Position numbers and translations under genes: made by a program
Notes under the pieces: generated by a model
The model's input: the letters and a program-made list of their open reading frames with translations, nothing else
Told to the model about the DNA's origin: nothing
The model's database searches: none
Assembly: GCA_964389655.1 (NCBI GenBank)
Contig: CAYMED010000002.1
Location: forward strand, 72,430 to 136,429
DNA from: an uncultured Candidatus Poseidoniales archaeon
GTDB taxonomy: Archaea > Thermoplasmatota > Poseidoniia > Poseidoniales > CAYMED01
Direction of reading: 5' to 3'
Length of the DNA stretch: 64,000 nt
In this document: in pieces, positions 39,301-49,352 of the stretch
Layout: the number at the start of each line of letters is the position of its first letter
Position numbering within the stretch: the first letter of the stretch is position 1

Positions 39301-40748
39301 CTTTCTTTCCGTCCATCCTTGAAATTAGAATGATTGACGAGACCAGTAAGAATTCCGATAACTAATATCATAATCATAGATGGAAAGAAGCTAGGCACAA
39401 CACCAACAATCTCTGTATTGATGCCAGTTACTGCTGTGTGAATTATGTTGTTCCCTTCGTCGCGTTCATCAATTTCTTTTCCACTATCAATCACAAGCCG
39501 TATGTCATATCGCCCAGACGAAGGAATCAGTATTTCTACTAGGACATCTTCAATTCCATCTGACAAATTCCCAGGCTGTGAATAGAAATTTCCCCCTAGT
39601 GTCCAATTGGCGCTAGCATCGCGGTCCGCCGGCGCGGTTTCAACTCGAATAATAACAGAATCAAAGAATGCCTCACTTGTAACAAGGCGTGCATGTACTG
39701 ATACTTTTGACCCCGGAATTACGGCAAGACGATCTACACTAGCATTTTCCCACGAGAGATCCAAGCCAGGTGGTACTGGCCAAAAGGATGGGGTTGTTTG
39801 AATTGAATTACCTGCTTTATCGAGAATTGTTGCCCGTAAAGCAAGATATTCCCCCACGTGCGTGCGCCAAATAGTGGGTCCAATATTTCTTGTCAGCGTT
39901 TCCCCACTGACTGAAATCCATCCACTTTCTCCAGCGTCGATACCATCAGCATCAAACCGATATTCGATTGTCGAATTCATTTCATCGACTCCCGCACCAT
40001 CATCTCTTGCAGAAAGCGAGACTTGAACTGGCCCAATTCTCGACCCATGAATTTCATCGATGATGCGCCATAAACCCGAAATCGGGTCAGTTCGGTCTAC
40101 AAGAAGGTCGACTTGATAAGTTGGTCCTACATTTCCAGCATGATCTGTAGCGCGAAAACCGACTTCCACCGCACTCTCGGGTAAAGGTGCATTTCCTGAA
40201 GTACCAATAACTTGCCAATTCTGATCTCCACCGACTTGAATTTCAAGTTGTTGTAGCCCACTTCCTACTTCAACAACACTGGCATCAAGTGATGTCCACG
40301 TGATCAAGGAGTTTGGTACCCACCCTTCATTTGGTGAAATAGCCGGGTTTTGGATTTGCGGCCCACTTCGATCAATTCCAATCCGGCACACTGCAGTATC
40401 TATATTTCCATCCAAACTGCTTACTGTGAGTGTTAGGTCTGCAGTTGTTTCCTGTATATTTCCTGGTTGCCAAGTAAATTTCTTTTCAAGGGGCGTCACA
40501 TCGTCTGAAACAGTTCCACCATTTGGAAGCCCTGATAGAGATGCGCGCACAATATTGATTCCATCATATGTGATGTTAATGGCACCGGATGCAGGAATGG
40601 AGATCCATGATCTTGTCGACGTACAATCTGCAGATCCATTTTCTAGATCGACTGCTGTGATGGATGGGCTTGCGCGAGCACCGTCTGCAGCTGCAAAAAC
40701 AGGCAAGATGAGCAAGCAAACGGCAAGCGTCGCGATTGAAGTTCGCAC
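39297..40748 (-). CDS. Secreted Ig-like/CARDB protein with PGF-CTERM-like (VPSF) anchor
   Basis: Signal peptide from GTG 40748; RATDHAGN and DKAGN Ig motifs; IDERDEGNN CARDB; C-terminal VVPSFFPSMIMILVIGIL...RKER. Confidence 0.75.
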   Translation of the reverse strand: MRTSIATLAVCLLILPVFAAADGARASPSITAVDLENGSADCTSTRSWISIPASGAINITYDGINIVRASLSGLPNGGTVSDDVTPLEKKFTWQPGNIQETTADLTLTVSSLDGNIDTAVCRIGIDRSGPQIQNPAISPNEGWVPNSLITWTSLDASVVEVGSGLQQLEIQVGGDQNWQVIGTSGNAPLPESAVEVGFRATDHAGNVGPTYQVDLLVDRTDPISGLWRIIDEIHGSRIGPVQVSLSARDDGAGVDEMNSTIEYRFDADGIDAGESGWISVSGETLTRNIGPTIWRTHVGEYLALRATILDKAGNSIQTTPSFWPVPPGLDLSWENASVDRLAVIPGSKVSVHARLVTSEAFFDSVIIRVETAPADRDASANWTLGGNFYSQPGNLSDGIEDVLVEILIPSSGRYDIRLVIDSGKEIDERDEGNNIIHTAVTGINTEIVGVVPSFFPSMIMILVIGILTGLVNHSNFKDGRKER

Positions 40749-40839
40749 GGTATCGGACCCTAGACTTCTTGCGTATGACTTGAACACTTCCCGGGTTTTG
40801 AGAGGAGAGGTTCAAGTCGGCGCCGTTCAGTCCGACGCC

Positions 40840-43650
40840 ATGGAGCGAAAGAGGCACGGCGCGCGGACCCTTCTCATTTTGGCATTTTTCCTCCTTTCGA
40901 CCTTTCCAATTCCCGCCCAAGCATCTTCCGATCCCATCGTGTGGAGCGTATCAACAGATGCGATTGTCTATGAAGGCACAGATGCGCGAATAAGCGTTAA
41001 TATCGAGAATCAAATTGATTCTTCTCTATCTGGGATCGAAGTTCGCCTTTATCGTGAATCAAAATCACCTGAGAACCAAATGGGCGATCTTGAATTATTG
41101 AATTTAGATCAAGGCCAAAGCAAGAGTGTTGAGCAAGTATGGAACGCAATTCCTTGGGGTAATGATGGCAAACCTTCAGTTTATGTTGATATCAAAGTGA
41201 ATGGGTCTTTACCTTTCCAAGGCATTGAAACAATTTCACTTACAGCCGCTCCTAATTTGCATATTTTATCCGCAGAAATGGATAATTCAACTACCATTCG
41301 CCAAAGCAATTTGCTAGCATTCAATGCAACGGTTGAAAATTCTGGACATGCAAATGCTTCGAGTTCTGCCGTGGAACTCGTGATTGAAAATGCAATTTCT
41401 AGTGCAGAAATCAGTCGTGAACGTGTTTCCCTCCCAAGTATTGATTCTGGAAATAATACCACAGTCCGCATTGCACCACTTGGACTATTTGCGCCACCCG
41501 CTGGAAATTATCGGGCAGTATTGGTGGTTGACCCAGACCTAACAGTTTCAGAGACCATTTTGTCGGACAACTCACAGACCCTGCAATTTTCTGTAATCCC
41601 CCATGCCGATCACGCCTTGTCCTTGTCAAAATCCAAGATAACGGCAGTAGATCCAGTTGAAGGACCTTGGATTGTGAATGGATCCATCCAACGCGATCAC
41701 GACTCTGCCAGTTCAAATGTTACAGTTGCTCTGAGGAGCGATCAATTGGGGGTGCTCAAGACGGTTGTTGTCAATGTACCCCATGGTATTGGTGCCAATC
41801 AGCCATTTTCAATTGAATTTGACCATGATGATTTACTTGCTAGTGGTTCTCTAGGTGATGGCGAGCATGCATTCTATGTGGAAATTATTGCAGGCGACCA
41901 TCAAGGGCAAAATAACAATGATGTAGCAGAGACCCGTATTGATTTTCTTAACCGCCCAAATGTAAAAATTAGTGCTAGTTTGCTAACCACACAAACAGAT
42001 TCTGTTCTTCCCAATACCGATGTCCGATGGCTGGTTGTAGTTGAGAATGAAGGGGGTGTTCCTGTTGATGGAATAATCACTGTTTCTTGGGAAGGATCCT
42101 CTAAATCTTTACCTGGTCGTTCTGTTTCGATCGAGCCATATTCTCCAGCAGTTGCTGAATTTGCAATACAAGCAGGATCTATCGAAATCGAAGATGCACA
42201 GTTTCAAGCAACTTGGACCCCTTCGGCTTCGAATCAAGATCGGATATCAACCGATAATCTAGCAGTAATCACCCTTTCCATACGAGCGCCATTTGAAGTT
42301 TCTCTCGACCCAACCTCTGAGCGTATCTCCCCGGATCCTGATGGTTCTCTTGATCCAAGTCAAAGTTATACAATCTATTTTCGAGCGCGCCTTTCGAAAG
42401 CAGGAACAACAGAAATTACTTGTCACCGCGATGGTGAGACAATTAAATCAACAACCATTACTGCAGCAGAAATAAATGATGAATTTGAGATTGAATGCCC
42501 CTTGACATTAACTGATTCTGACGCAGGCTCGGTTATTTTGATCACGTATCACTCAAGTAGTGCCACTCTTGTTGGCGATTATCTCTCATTTGAGAAGAAA
42601 GTGAAGTCAATTTCAGGTACATTAGGAGTTGCAGCTCAGCAAGAGAAAAGCCGCACTCTTGCGATTGTTATGCTTTCTATGATTACGGTTTTAGCCGGTG
42701 TGGTTCTTTATCTTGCCATCCGACTGACTAGTGATACTGATCGCGAGGTGGATCGTGATATCTACGAATATTGTCCTTATTGTACTGGTGAGATTGAAGG
42801 GGATGAAGTTACATGCCCGCACTGTTATTCCGACCTTGGCGAAGCCATGAGTAATTTCCATACATGCGCTGGTTGCGATGAAGAAGTGCCTGATATTATG
42901 GAAATATGCCCTCATTGTGGAACTGATCAGCGTCGTATTGACCGATTTGAACACAGAGAGCGTCGCGCTCCTGAAGTAATAGATGAAGAGATTGCATCTG
43001 AGGAAGACAACTTTGAAGATGAAACAGAGCAAGAAATTGTAATCGGAACTGCCGACTTTAACCAAGCGACAAAATCATTTGGGGTCTCAGATGAAGACTT
43101 CGAATCCAAGTGGGATGACGAACTCGAATCTGCAGAGCAACAAATGGCTGAACTTGTGGCCGCAGCAGAAGCAGAGATTGATGATGATGAATTGGCTAGT
43201 GATGGAGAGATTATTTCTCCATTGTTGGAACAACACGAACAACAATCTGCAGCTGACTTAGATTCATTCCTTGGGGACAAAGATCAAAGGAAATCCTTGT
43301 CGGATAAAGATGTTGAATTTACGGCATCAGATGCCGCAATTCGTGGAAATTTGTATGATATAACGGGTGAAGAGGGTGTGATGCCAGGTGACAAAGTAGT
43401 CCTTGGATCTGCTATGACCGATCATGCGATTCCAGGAAACGAGGTTCTCGATGACAAGAGTTTAACCTCATTTGCAGGACTAGATACAGAAACTTCGAAA
43501 GTAAGGAAAGAGAAAGCTAAGCCCAAACGCCGTGCAGCGCGCAAAAAGAAAGTTGTAGAGGAATCAGAGAAGGGAGCATGCCCATCCTGTAGTGCAATCG
43601 TCAGCCTTGATGCTGACAGTTGTCATGCATGTGGTGCTAAATTTGGATAA
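40840..43650 (+). CDS. CARDB-repeat membrane protein with cytoplasmic double Zn ribbon, acidic linker and terminal Zn ribbon
   Basis: The real start is probably ATG 40840 (MERKRHGARTLLILAFF signal). VDPDLTVSETILSDN; TM; CPYC/CPHC/CAGC/CPHC; terminal CPSC..CHAC. Confidence 0.8.
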   Translation: MERKRHGARTLLILAFFLLSTFPIPAQASSDPIVWSVSTDAIVYEGTDARISVNIENQIDSSLSGIEVRLYRESKSPENQMGDLELLNLDQGQSKSVEQVWNAIPWGNDGKPSVYVDIKVNGSLPFQGIETISLTAAPNLHILSAEMDNSTTIRQSNLLAFNATVENSGHANASSSAVELVIENAISSAEISRERVSLPSIDSGNNTTVRIAPLGLFAPPAGNYRAVLVVDPDLTVSETILSDNSQTLQFSVIPHADHALSLSKSKITAVDPVEGPWIVNGSIQRDHDSASSNVTVALRSDQLGVLKTVVVNVPHGIGANQPFSIEFDHDDLLASGSLGDGEHAFYVEIIAGDHQGQNNNDVAETRIDFLNRPNVKISASLLTTQTDSVLPNTDVRWLVVVENEGGVPVDGIITVSWEGSSKSLPGRSVSIEPYSPAVAEFAIQAGSIEIEDAQFQATWTPSASNQDRISTDNLAVITLSIRAPFEVSLDPTSERISPDPDGSLDPSQSYTIYFRARLSKAGTTEITCHRDGETIKSTTITAAEINDEFEIECPLTLTDSDAGSVILITYHSSSATLVGDYLSFEKKVKSISGTLGVAAQQEKSRTLAIVMLSMITVLAGVVLYLAIRLTSDTDREVDRDIYEYCPYCTGEIEGDEVTCPHCYSDLGEAMSNFHTCAGCDEEVPDIMEICPHCGTDQRRIDRFEHRERRAPEVIDEEIASEEDNFEDETEQEIVIGTADFNQATKSFGVSDEDFESKWDDELESAEQQMAELVAAAEAEIDDDELASDGEIISPLLEQHEQQSAADLDSFLGDKDQRKSLSDKDVEFTASDAAIRGNLYDITGEEGVMPGDKVVLGSAMTDHAIPGNEVLDDKSLTSFAGLDTETSKVRKEKAKPKRRAARKKKVVEESEKGACPSCSAIVSLDADSCHACGAKFG

Positions 43651-43652
43651 TC

Positions 43653-45449
43653 TCATGCATCATTCACAACTCTGCTGACATCTTCATCAACCAGTGCCGC
43701 ATCCTTGATATCTCCATTAATTATCATTTCACCAAGATTGACCACGTCCGAATCAGAACCACCCGGGAGCGTATCAATACTAGCAGAAGCACCTTCTGGG
43801 ACGTTTCTAGTCAGTGTTGTTTCTACAAGTTCCCAATCCCCCCAATTGAGCAATCCACTCCACCATCTCCCTTCTCCCTTGTATACTGGATGTCGAATGA
43901 TAAATAGGCCATTGATCAGCATAAACCCAAATCCAATGACTCCCCAAAAGAATAGGATGATTGCGATGCCATGGGGGTTGAATGGATTCCAAGGGTCGTG
44001 GGCAGTGGCATGAAGGTCGGTGAAGTATGAACCCATTAGAATCAGGAAAAGGAATGGGAAACAGACGTACATGATGAAATCCCACCATTTTCCAATCCAA
44101 AGGTCGTTATCTCCAGTATTGACAAATTCATCTCTAAATGCCGGAACTCCATGAGTTAACCACCCTCGCACAGAATCTTCTGCCTCCCCCGCAGCAACTC
44201 TTGAACGCCAAACAGCCCATCCATATCGCCAAATAGCAAATGCAATGAATAAACCACTGAACATTAAGCCATAACCCCAAATGTGGTCTTGAACTTCTAG
44301 AAATTCTGGAAACGCAATTCCATCACTATCCATTTTGATTCCAAGAAGTGCGGAAGGAATACCGCATATGAATATCGTAATACTGGTCAAAAGAACAGCA
44401 CGATTTCGTTCCACGCCATGGTCGACAAGGTTGCGCACAGTGAGTTCTACAGTTGAAATCATAGATGTAAGGGCTGCAAATGTGAGTGCCAAGAAGAAGA
44501 CTGTAATGAGAATTCTAGAACCAATTACGCCTCCAGGCGCTGCATTGAATACTTCTGGAAGAGCGAGGAATGTGATTGCTGAAGAGCCCCCGGACACCGT
44601 AGATACTGGATCTAATGATGCTGCGAAGATTGCACTCATCACGGTAACTCCTGCTATAATTGAGATGCTATTATTTGCCAAACCCATCGTAAAGGCATTG
44701 AGTGTAATATCTTCGTCTTTTCTCATATAAACAGCATATGTAATTGCCATTCCCATGCCGGCTGAACATGACCAAGCAGATTGGGAAAGCCCATTGATCC
44801 AAGTTTCAGGCTTGGCTAAATATTCAGGTCGAACAGTGAACATGTATAGCATTCCATCTAGTGATCCATCTTTGCCATCCATCCACAATGAAAGGCCTAA
44901 TGCCAGGAATAAAAGTACGAAGAGTGATGTCATCATTGCGATGTTTGTTTTTTCAATCGCCTTTGCCCCGCGCCAAATTGCAGCAAGCGTAATTCCAATA
45001 ATTAGAAATTGAAACAGAACCACTTGGGTGCCTGACATTAAAAAATCGTTCCAAACACTACCTACGTCTGATGCTGCTGAAAGTTCTCCGCTTGCCCCAA
45101 AGAAAAAGTAACGCAAACACCAGCCAGCCACAACCGCATAATAGAATCCAATCGCAGTTGAGATCCAAGCGGTCCAAAGCCCCATCCATGCAAACCTCTT
45201 TCCAAGAAATATTCGAAACGAGCCCACTGTGCCAGTTCTTGCGCGCTTACCAATAGCGAATTCAGCAATCACAAGAGGTATGGACCAAACGAATAGGAAT
45301 ATCAGCCAAGGGACCAAAAATGAACCCCCCCCATTTGCTCCAACCATTCTAGGAAATCTCCAGATATTACCGGTACCAATTGCCGCCCCAATTGTGGCGA
45401 AAATTAGTCCCAACCTTCCACTAAATTGGTCCGAGGATGAGTTGGACAT
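43653..45449 (-). CDS. Sodium-dependent transporter, NSS/SNF family
   Basis: GAAIGTGNIWRFP, GGGSFLVPW, EFAIG and AALTSMIS. Confidence 0.93.
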   Translation of the reverse strand: MSNSSSDQFSGRLGLIFATIGAAIGTGNIWRFPRMVGANGGGSFLVPWLIFLFVWSIPLVIAEFAIGKRARTGTVGSFRIFLGKRFAWMGLWTAWISTAIGFYYAVVAGWCLRYFFFGASGELSAASDVGSVWNDFLMSGTQVVLFQFLIIGITLAAIWRGAKAIEKTNIAMMTSLFVLLFLALGLSLWMDGKDGSLDGMLYMFTVRPEYLAKPETWINGLSQSAWSCSAGMGMAITYAVYMRKDEDITLNAFTMGLANNSISIIAGVTVMSAIFAASLDPVSTVSGGSSAITFLALPEVFNAAPGGVIGSRILITVFFLALTFAALTSMISTVELTVRNLVDHGVERNRAVLLTSITIFICGIPSALLGIKMDSDGIAFPEFLEVQDHIWGYGLMFSGLFIAFAIWRYGWAVWRSRVAAGEAEDSVRGWLTHGVPAFRDEFVNTGDNDLWIGKWWDFIMYVCFPFLFLILMGSYFTDLHATAHDPWNPFNPHGIAIILFFWGVIGFGFMLINGLFIIRHPVYKGEGRWWSGLLNWGDWELVETTLTRNVPEGASASIDTLPGGSDSDVVNLGEMIINGDIKDAALVDEDVSRVVNDA

Positions 45450-45458
45450 TCGATCGCC

Positions 45459-47900
45459 TCAAGCAGCCTCATCAAGTGCAGCTTCTAGATCAGCATCATG
45501 CTTCCCCAATCTGATTTTCAGAGATTTCGCAGCAGCGGTCAATTCAGTCGCATTGAGATAACCATTTTCATCGGTGTCAAATTCTTGCGCGTGATCGATT
45601 AATTCGCTGGCCTCTAACCCGTGTGTAGTTGCGATCCGCTCTAAGGTTCGCTCAGAATACCGAAGTGATACTGGCTCCTTGTCTAATTCATCTGATTCTT
45701 CATCATGGATTTCTTCAGAAAGATCCTCCCTCCCTTCTGGTTCCTCTTCGTCAAGACTAAACATCGTTTTGAGTGATATGCCAAGCCCCCCCCAAACTAG
45801 GATGACAACTGCAAGGAACATAGCAAATGCAATGATGGTGTTTCCATAGGGTGCTCGATAAGGAATGACAATTTCATAGTAATCAATTCCGTTGCCCTTC
45901 GCATCTTTTTCTCCCATTGGGTAGGTATATGGAAATGCTCCTGAAAGTGTTCCTAGCATTCCCTTGTAATGCAATTCACCAGATAGATCATCTTCAATCG
46001 GGATATTTCCACGGAGAATAGTCCCATTTTCTCCATTTAATAAGGTACATTTTTCCTTCTTCATTTCAATTTTTTCAACATGTTGGTGCGCCCATGGTGT
46101 TTCAAACCACTCATTTGGGCCATAATCCGATTGAGTTCGATTTGGCCGAACGAACCTCCACATCACGTGTGATAGATTTCCATTTGAGGAATATGGAAAT
46201 AGTGGGTGAATACAGATGTCAATGGGGATTGGACCTGGGTTTAATGGTACATGATCTGGTGACATGATCGTTTGATTTTTTGGCATACCTTGGATTTCAT
46301 TCTGTGCTCTTCCTACTGGGTCGTCTGAGATTTCAATCATCCAAAATGGTACACCTAAATTGAGTACTGCCAAATGATCGATATCATCGGGGTGCTCATG
46401 AAATGCATTTCCAATTTCAATTGTATAGCAAAATGAATCATGGACTCCATAATGCCAGTCACAAAAATCTCCAGTAGTTGGGTAAAGCGCAGATGACTGC
46501 TTTGCTTCATATCCCGTGTATTGCGCCATGACGTTGCCATGATAGATCAATTCGGTTTCATCTTTTGCTGCACAATCCGTGCAGTGACCCCAAGGCCAAA
46601 GCACGAGTCCACTGAAGGAATGCCAAGTGAGAGTTGCTTTGAAATCAGATGCCCCATCATCATTGTCGTCATTCATTTCCGTCATATCTTGAATGAACAT
46701 TGTTTCGGGCTCTGTATTCCCCCCTAACGGATCCTCATCAGTCTCATCATCACCATCATCGTTGTTATCATCAACGTCGTCTTCATTGAACAACCCATCC
46801 CCATCTTCATCATCAAAAGGGCCATCTGGTGGTCCATTATAGACATCATTGTTGACTCCAGTTCCAGCATAACAATCCCCAGGGAATAATGGCCCTGTAG
46901 CCCCCAATGGGGCACCCCATTCAAATTCGTAATTTCGGTTCAGGTCGACTCCGTCACAGCCAGAGTTTACCTCTTCATCAAGATCGGGCAAGGGCAAGCG
47001 CCCTTCTACTGTATTATCCCGCAGATTTTTCCTCCAACCTGGTTCATCACAGTTCCAAGCATCTTCTCCACAGAACACTTCTCGGTCGTACCGGTTTCCA
47101 TCTACATTTAGCATGGGTATGAGATATATTTCACGAGTATCGACCAAATCAGTGATCCATTGTTCCTTGAAATCTTCATCGACTCCATGGTCACCTGGGC
47201 CGCATTCCTTCCCATCCCCATTGCTATCTCTGAATTCTTTTGAGAGGCTCAAACAATCTCCATCATCATCGAGTTCCCCATCATTATTTGTGTCCCCAAA
47301 TGAGTCTTCACCTTCTCTCCCATCCCCATCATTATCGATTGGTGGCTTTCCATAATAATATGCCACAGTTTCAAGGAACAACATCGGAACTTCATATGAC
47401 ATCCATTCACGTGCGTGGTGATTTCCTACTAGCATGACATCGGGCCGGTCTGCATAATTTCCTCGATCTCCTACATAGGGGTTGTATTCTCCCCCCTCTA
47501 CATTGGCAGTAATTTTCACCCATGGGCTTGCATGTTTGTAGAAATGGCCTTGAAAATCAGGTAACCCTCGCTCTTCTCCGCGAGCATTCGTTCCTCCGGG
47601 AAGTCCTTCATGAAATGAGATAAATCCGGGGTTATCCTCTGCCAATCTCATCATTCGCTCTTTCATCGTGAAATAGTCATGATATGCCTTGAATTGAAGC
47701 CGATCATCTCCCCTCTCAGCCCAAGGGAAGATATCTTCTTGATAATCCGTGGACCAAAGTTGATCCGGACTTTTCCCTTCTTCATCTTGGAGAACCCCTG
47801 TGCTCGTGTTACCTGAGGTTACTAGTGGCATAATAAGAAGGATTGTGATGAGTAATGCAATGCTTGACCGGGGGGTCGCCGTTGCTTTCTCACGTGACAT
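45459..47900 (-). CDS. Membrane-anchored M14 zinc carboxypeptidase with C-terminal EF-hand-like motif
   Basis: HHARE, PMLNVDG, WRKN, GVDLNRN, EPET, HSF and TIE motifs; TM; DTDENGYLNATEL. Start placed at ATG 47900. Confidence 0.9.
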   Translation of the reverse strand: MSREKATATPRSSIALLITILLIMPLVTSGNTSTGVLQDEEGKSPDQLWSTDYQEDIFPWAERGDDRLQFKAYHDYFTMKERMMRLAEDNPGFISFHEGLPGGTNARGEERGLPDFQGHFYKHASPWVKITANVEGGEYNPYVGDRGNYADRPDVMLVGNHHAREWMSYEVPMLFLETVAYYYGKPPIDNDGDGREGEDSFGDTNNDGELDDDGDCLSLSKEFRDSNGDGKECGPGDHGVDEDFKEQWITDLVDTREIYLIPMLNVDGNRYDREVFCGEDAWNCDEPGWRKNLRDNTVEGRLPLPDLDEEVNSGCDGVDLNRNYEFEWGAPLGATGPLFPGDCYAGTGVNNDVYNGPPDGPFDDEDGDGLFNEDDVDDNNDDGDDETDEDPLGGNTEPETMFIQDMTEMNDDNDDGASDFKATLTWHSFSGLVLWPWGHCTDCAAKDETELIYHGNVMAQYTGYEAKQSSALYPTTGDFCDWHYGVHDSFCYTIEIGNAFHEHPDDIDHLAVLNLGVPFWMIEISDDPVGRAQNEIQGMPKNQTIMSPDHVPLNPGPIPIDICIHPLFPYSSNGNLSHVMWRFVRPNRTQSDYGPNEWFETPWAHQHVEKIEMKKEKCTLLNGENGTILRGNIPIEDDLSGELHYKGMLGTLSGAFPYTYPMGEKDAKGNGIDYYEIVIPYRAPYGNTIIAFAMFLAVVILVWGGLGISLKTMFSLDEEEPEGREDLSEEIHDEESDELDKEPVSLRYSERTLERIATTHGLEASELIDHAQEFDTDENGYLNATELTAAAKSLKIRLGKHDADLEAALDEAA

Positions 47901-48034
47901 ATGGTGGTCGGCTCCGTTATTCTTCTTCAATTCACATCCTATTTGCCCTTTGCCCTTTTGATCACTTTTATCGATCTCAAATTTTGATTGCCCCCATGTC
48001 AATCGCTATGTGGGGATACCGTTCCCGGAGGCAT

Positions 48035-48817
48035 ATGGGGGGGATCAGTGAGCGGATTGGAGATGTGCTTGGAGCCGCCCTAGACAACAAACTTGAGCGC
48101 GAGGTGCGGAGTGAGAATCTACCCCAACATGTTGCGATTATTATGGACGGAAATCGCAGATTTGCTTGGTCAACCAGCATCCCCGAGAAAATTGGCCATC
48201 GAAAAGGGAGGGAGAAACTCGAAGAAGTAATGGATTGGGTCCTAGAATTCAATATCCCACACTTCACAGTCTATGCCCTTTCAACAGAGAATTTGAAGAC
48301 CCGATCTGAGAAGGAACTTGAACAACTGTTTGATTTGTATGTGGAGGGATTTACAAGCCTCACCCATGATCCCCGAATCCACAATAATCAGGTAAAAATT
48401 CGATGTGTTGGCAATCTCGAACTTTTGCCTCAAAGGGTCTTGGATGCCGTTAGCCAAGCATGCGAATCAACCAAGGAATACGAGCGTAATATCTTCACGA
48501 CTTGCCTTGCATATGGGAGTCGAGAGGAAATCCTTTCAGCAATCAGATTGATTGCATCTTCACATGCGGCTGGAGAAATAACCCTTGAAGAAATCGATGA
48601 AGCGGCCGTAGCCTCAAACCTCTATACCAAAGGCCTTCCAGATCCTGATTTGATTATTCGAACCAGTGGTGAAGAGCGGATTTCAAATTTCCTTCTTTGG
48701 CAGGCTGCTTATGCTGAACTTTACTTCACAGATGTTTATTGGCCACGTTTTAGCCGTCGAGACTTCCTGAAAGCAATTCGAGACTTCCAACGCAGACAGC
48801 GCCGATTTGGTTCGTGA
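48035..48817 (+). CDS. uppS: cis-prenyltransferase (polyprenyl diphosphate synthase)
   Basis: PQHVAIIMDGNRR, YALSTEN, YGSREEI and DPDLIIRTSGEERISNFLLWQ. Confidence 0.95.
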   Translation: MGGISERIGDVLGAALDNKLEREVRSENLPQHVAIIMDGNRRFAWSTSIPEKIGHRKGREKLEEVMDWVLEFNIPHFTVYALSTENLKTRSEKELEQLFDLYVEGFTSLTHDPRIHNNQVKIRCVGNLELLPQRVLDAVSQACESTKEYERNIFTTCLAYGSREEILSAIRLIASSHAAGEITLEEIDEAAVASNLYTKGLPDPDLIIRTSGEERISNFLLWQAAYAELYFTDVYWPRFSRRDFLKAIRDFQRRQRRFGS

Positions 48818-48821
48818 TCAC

Positions 48822-49340
48822 ATGAGCAAAAGCGATGACTTATCGCGAAAATGCTCTTCCTGTGGGGGTGTGATCGATTCTCTAGGAAAATCGCTACCTT
48901 TCCCCCAATCAGACGGTTTTACTTCACCCACGCTTGCAGCAGATGCCCTTGTCATCGATGAATCAAGCGCTCAAACCCGCATTCTTCTCATTCGTCGTGG
49001 ACACGATCCGGATCAGGGGAAATTAGCCCTTCCAGGCGGTTTTGTCGATTATGGGGAAGACCCACTAGATGCGGTCCTACGAGAATTGATGGAGGAGTGC
49101 GGAATCGAGGGTAGGAATCCAACTCCTGTCGTTGTTCGGGGCGCACCCGGGCGAGATACGAGAAAACACATTGTCTCGATCATCCACCGCGTCGAAGTTG
49201 GTAAAAATCAGATTCCAAATCCGGGAGATGATGCTGCAGAAGCGGCATGGTGGAACCTTGACGACGTTCTCTCATTTGAGGACAGTGAGTGGGCATTTGA
49301 TCACAAAAGCATCATCATTGAAGCCTTAGAACTCGATTGA
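48822..49340 (+). CDS. Nudix hydrolase (ADP-ribose pyrophosphatase-like)
   Basis: ALPGGFVDYGEDPLDAVLRELMEECG Nudix box; GDDAAEA. Confidence 0.9.
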   Translation: MSKSDDLSRKCSSCGGVIDSLGKSLPFPQSDGFTSPTLAADALVIDESSAQTRILLIRRGHDPDQGKLALPGGFVDYGEDPLDAVLRELMEECGIEGRNPTPVVVRGAPGRDTRKHIVSIIHRVEVGKNQIPNPGDDAAEAAWWNLDDVLSFEDSEWAFDHKSIIIEALELD

Positions 49341-49352
49341 ACAATTTGCGAT

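Noticed and set aside
40300-40839. 180-aa N-terminal extension of the 1116-aa ORF overlapping the opposite-strand gene
   Set aside because: It is the antisense shadow of 39297-40748; a proper signal peptide starts at ATG 40840.
47855-48034. Apparent head-to-head overlap of uppS and the M14 gene
   Set aside because: This is an artefact of longest-ORF starts; the likely starts (47900 and 48035) leave a normal divergent gap.
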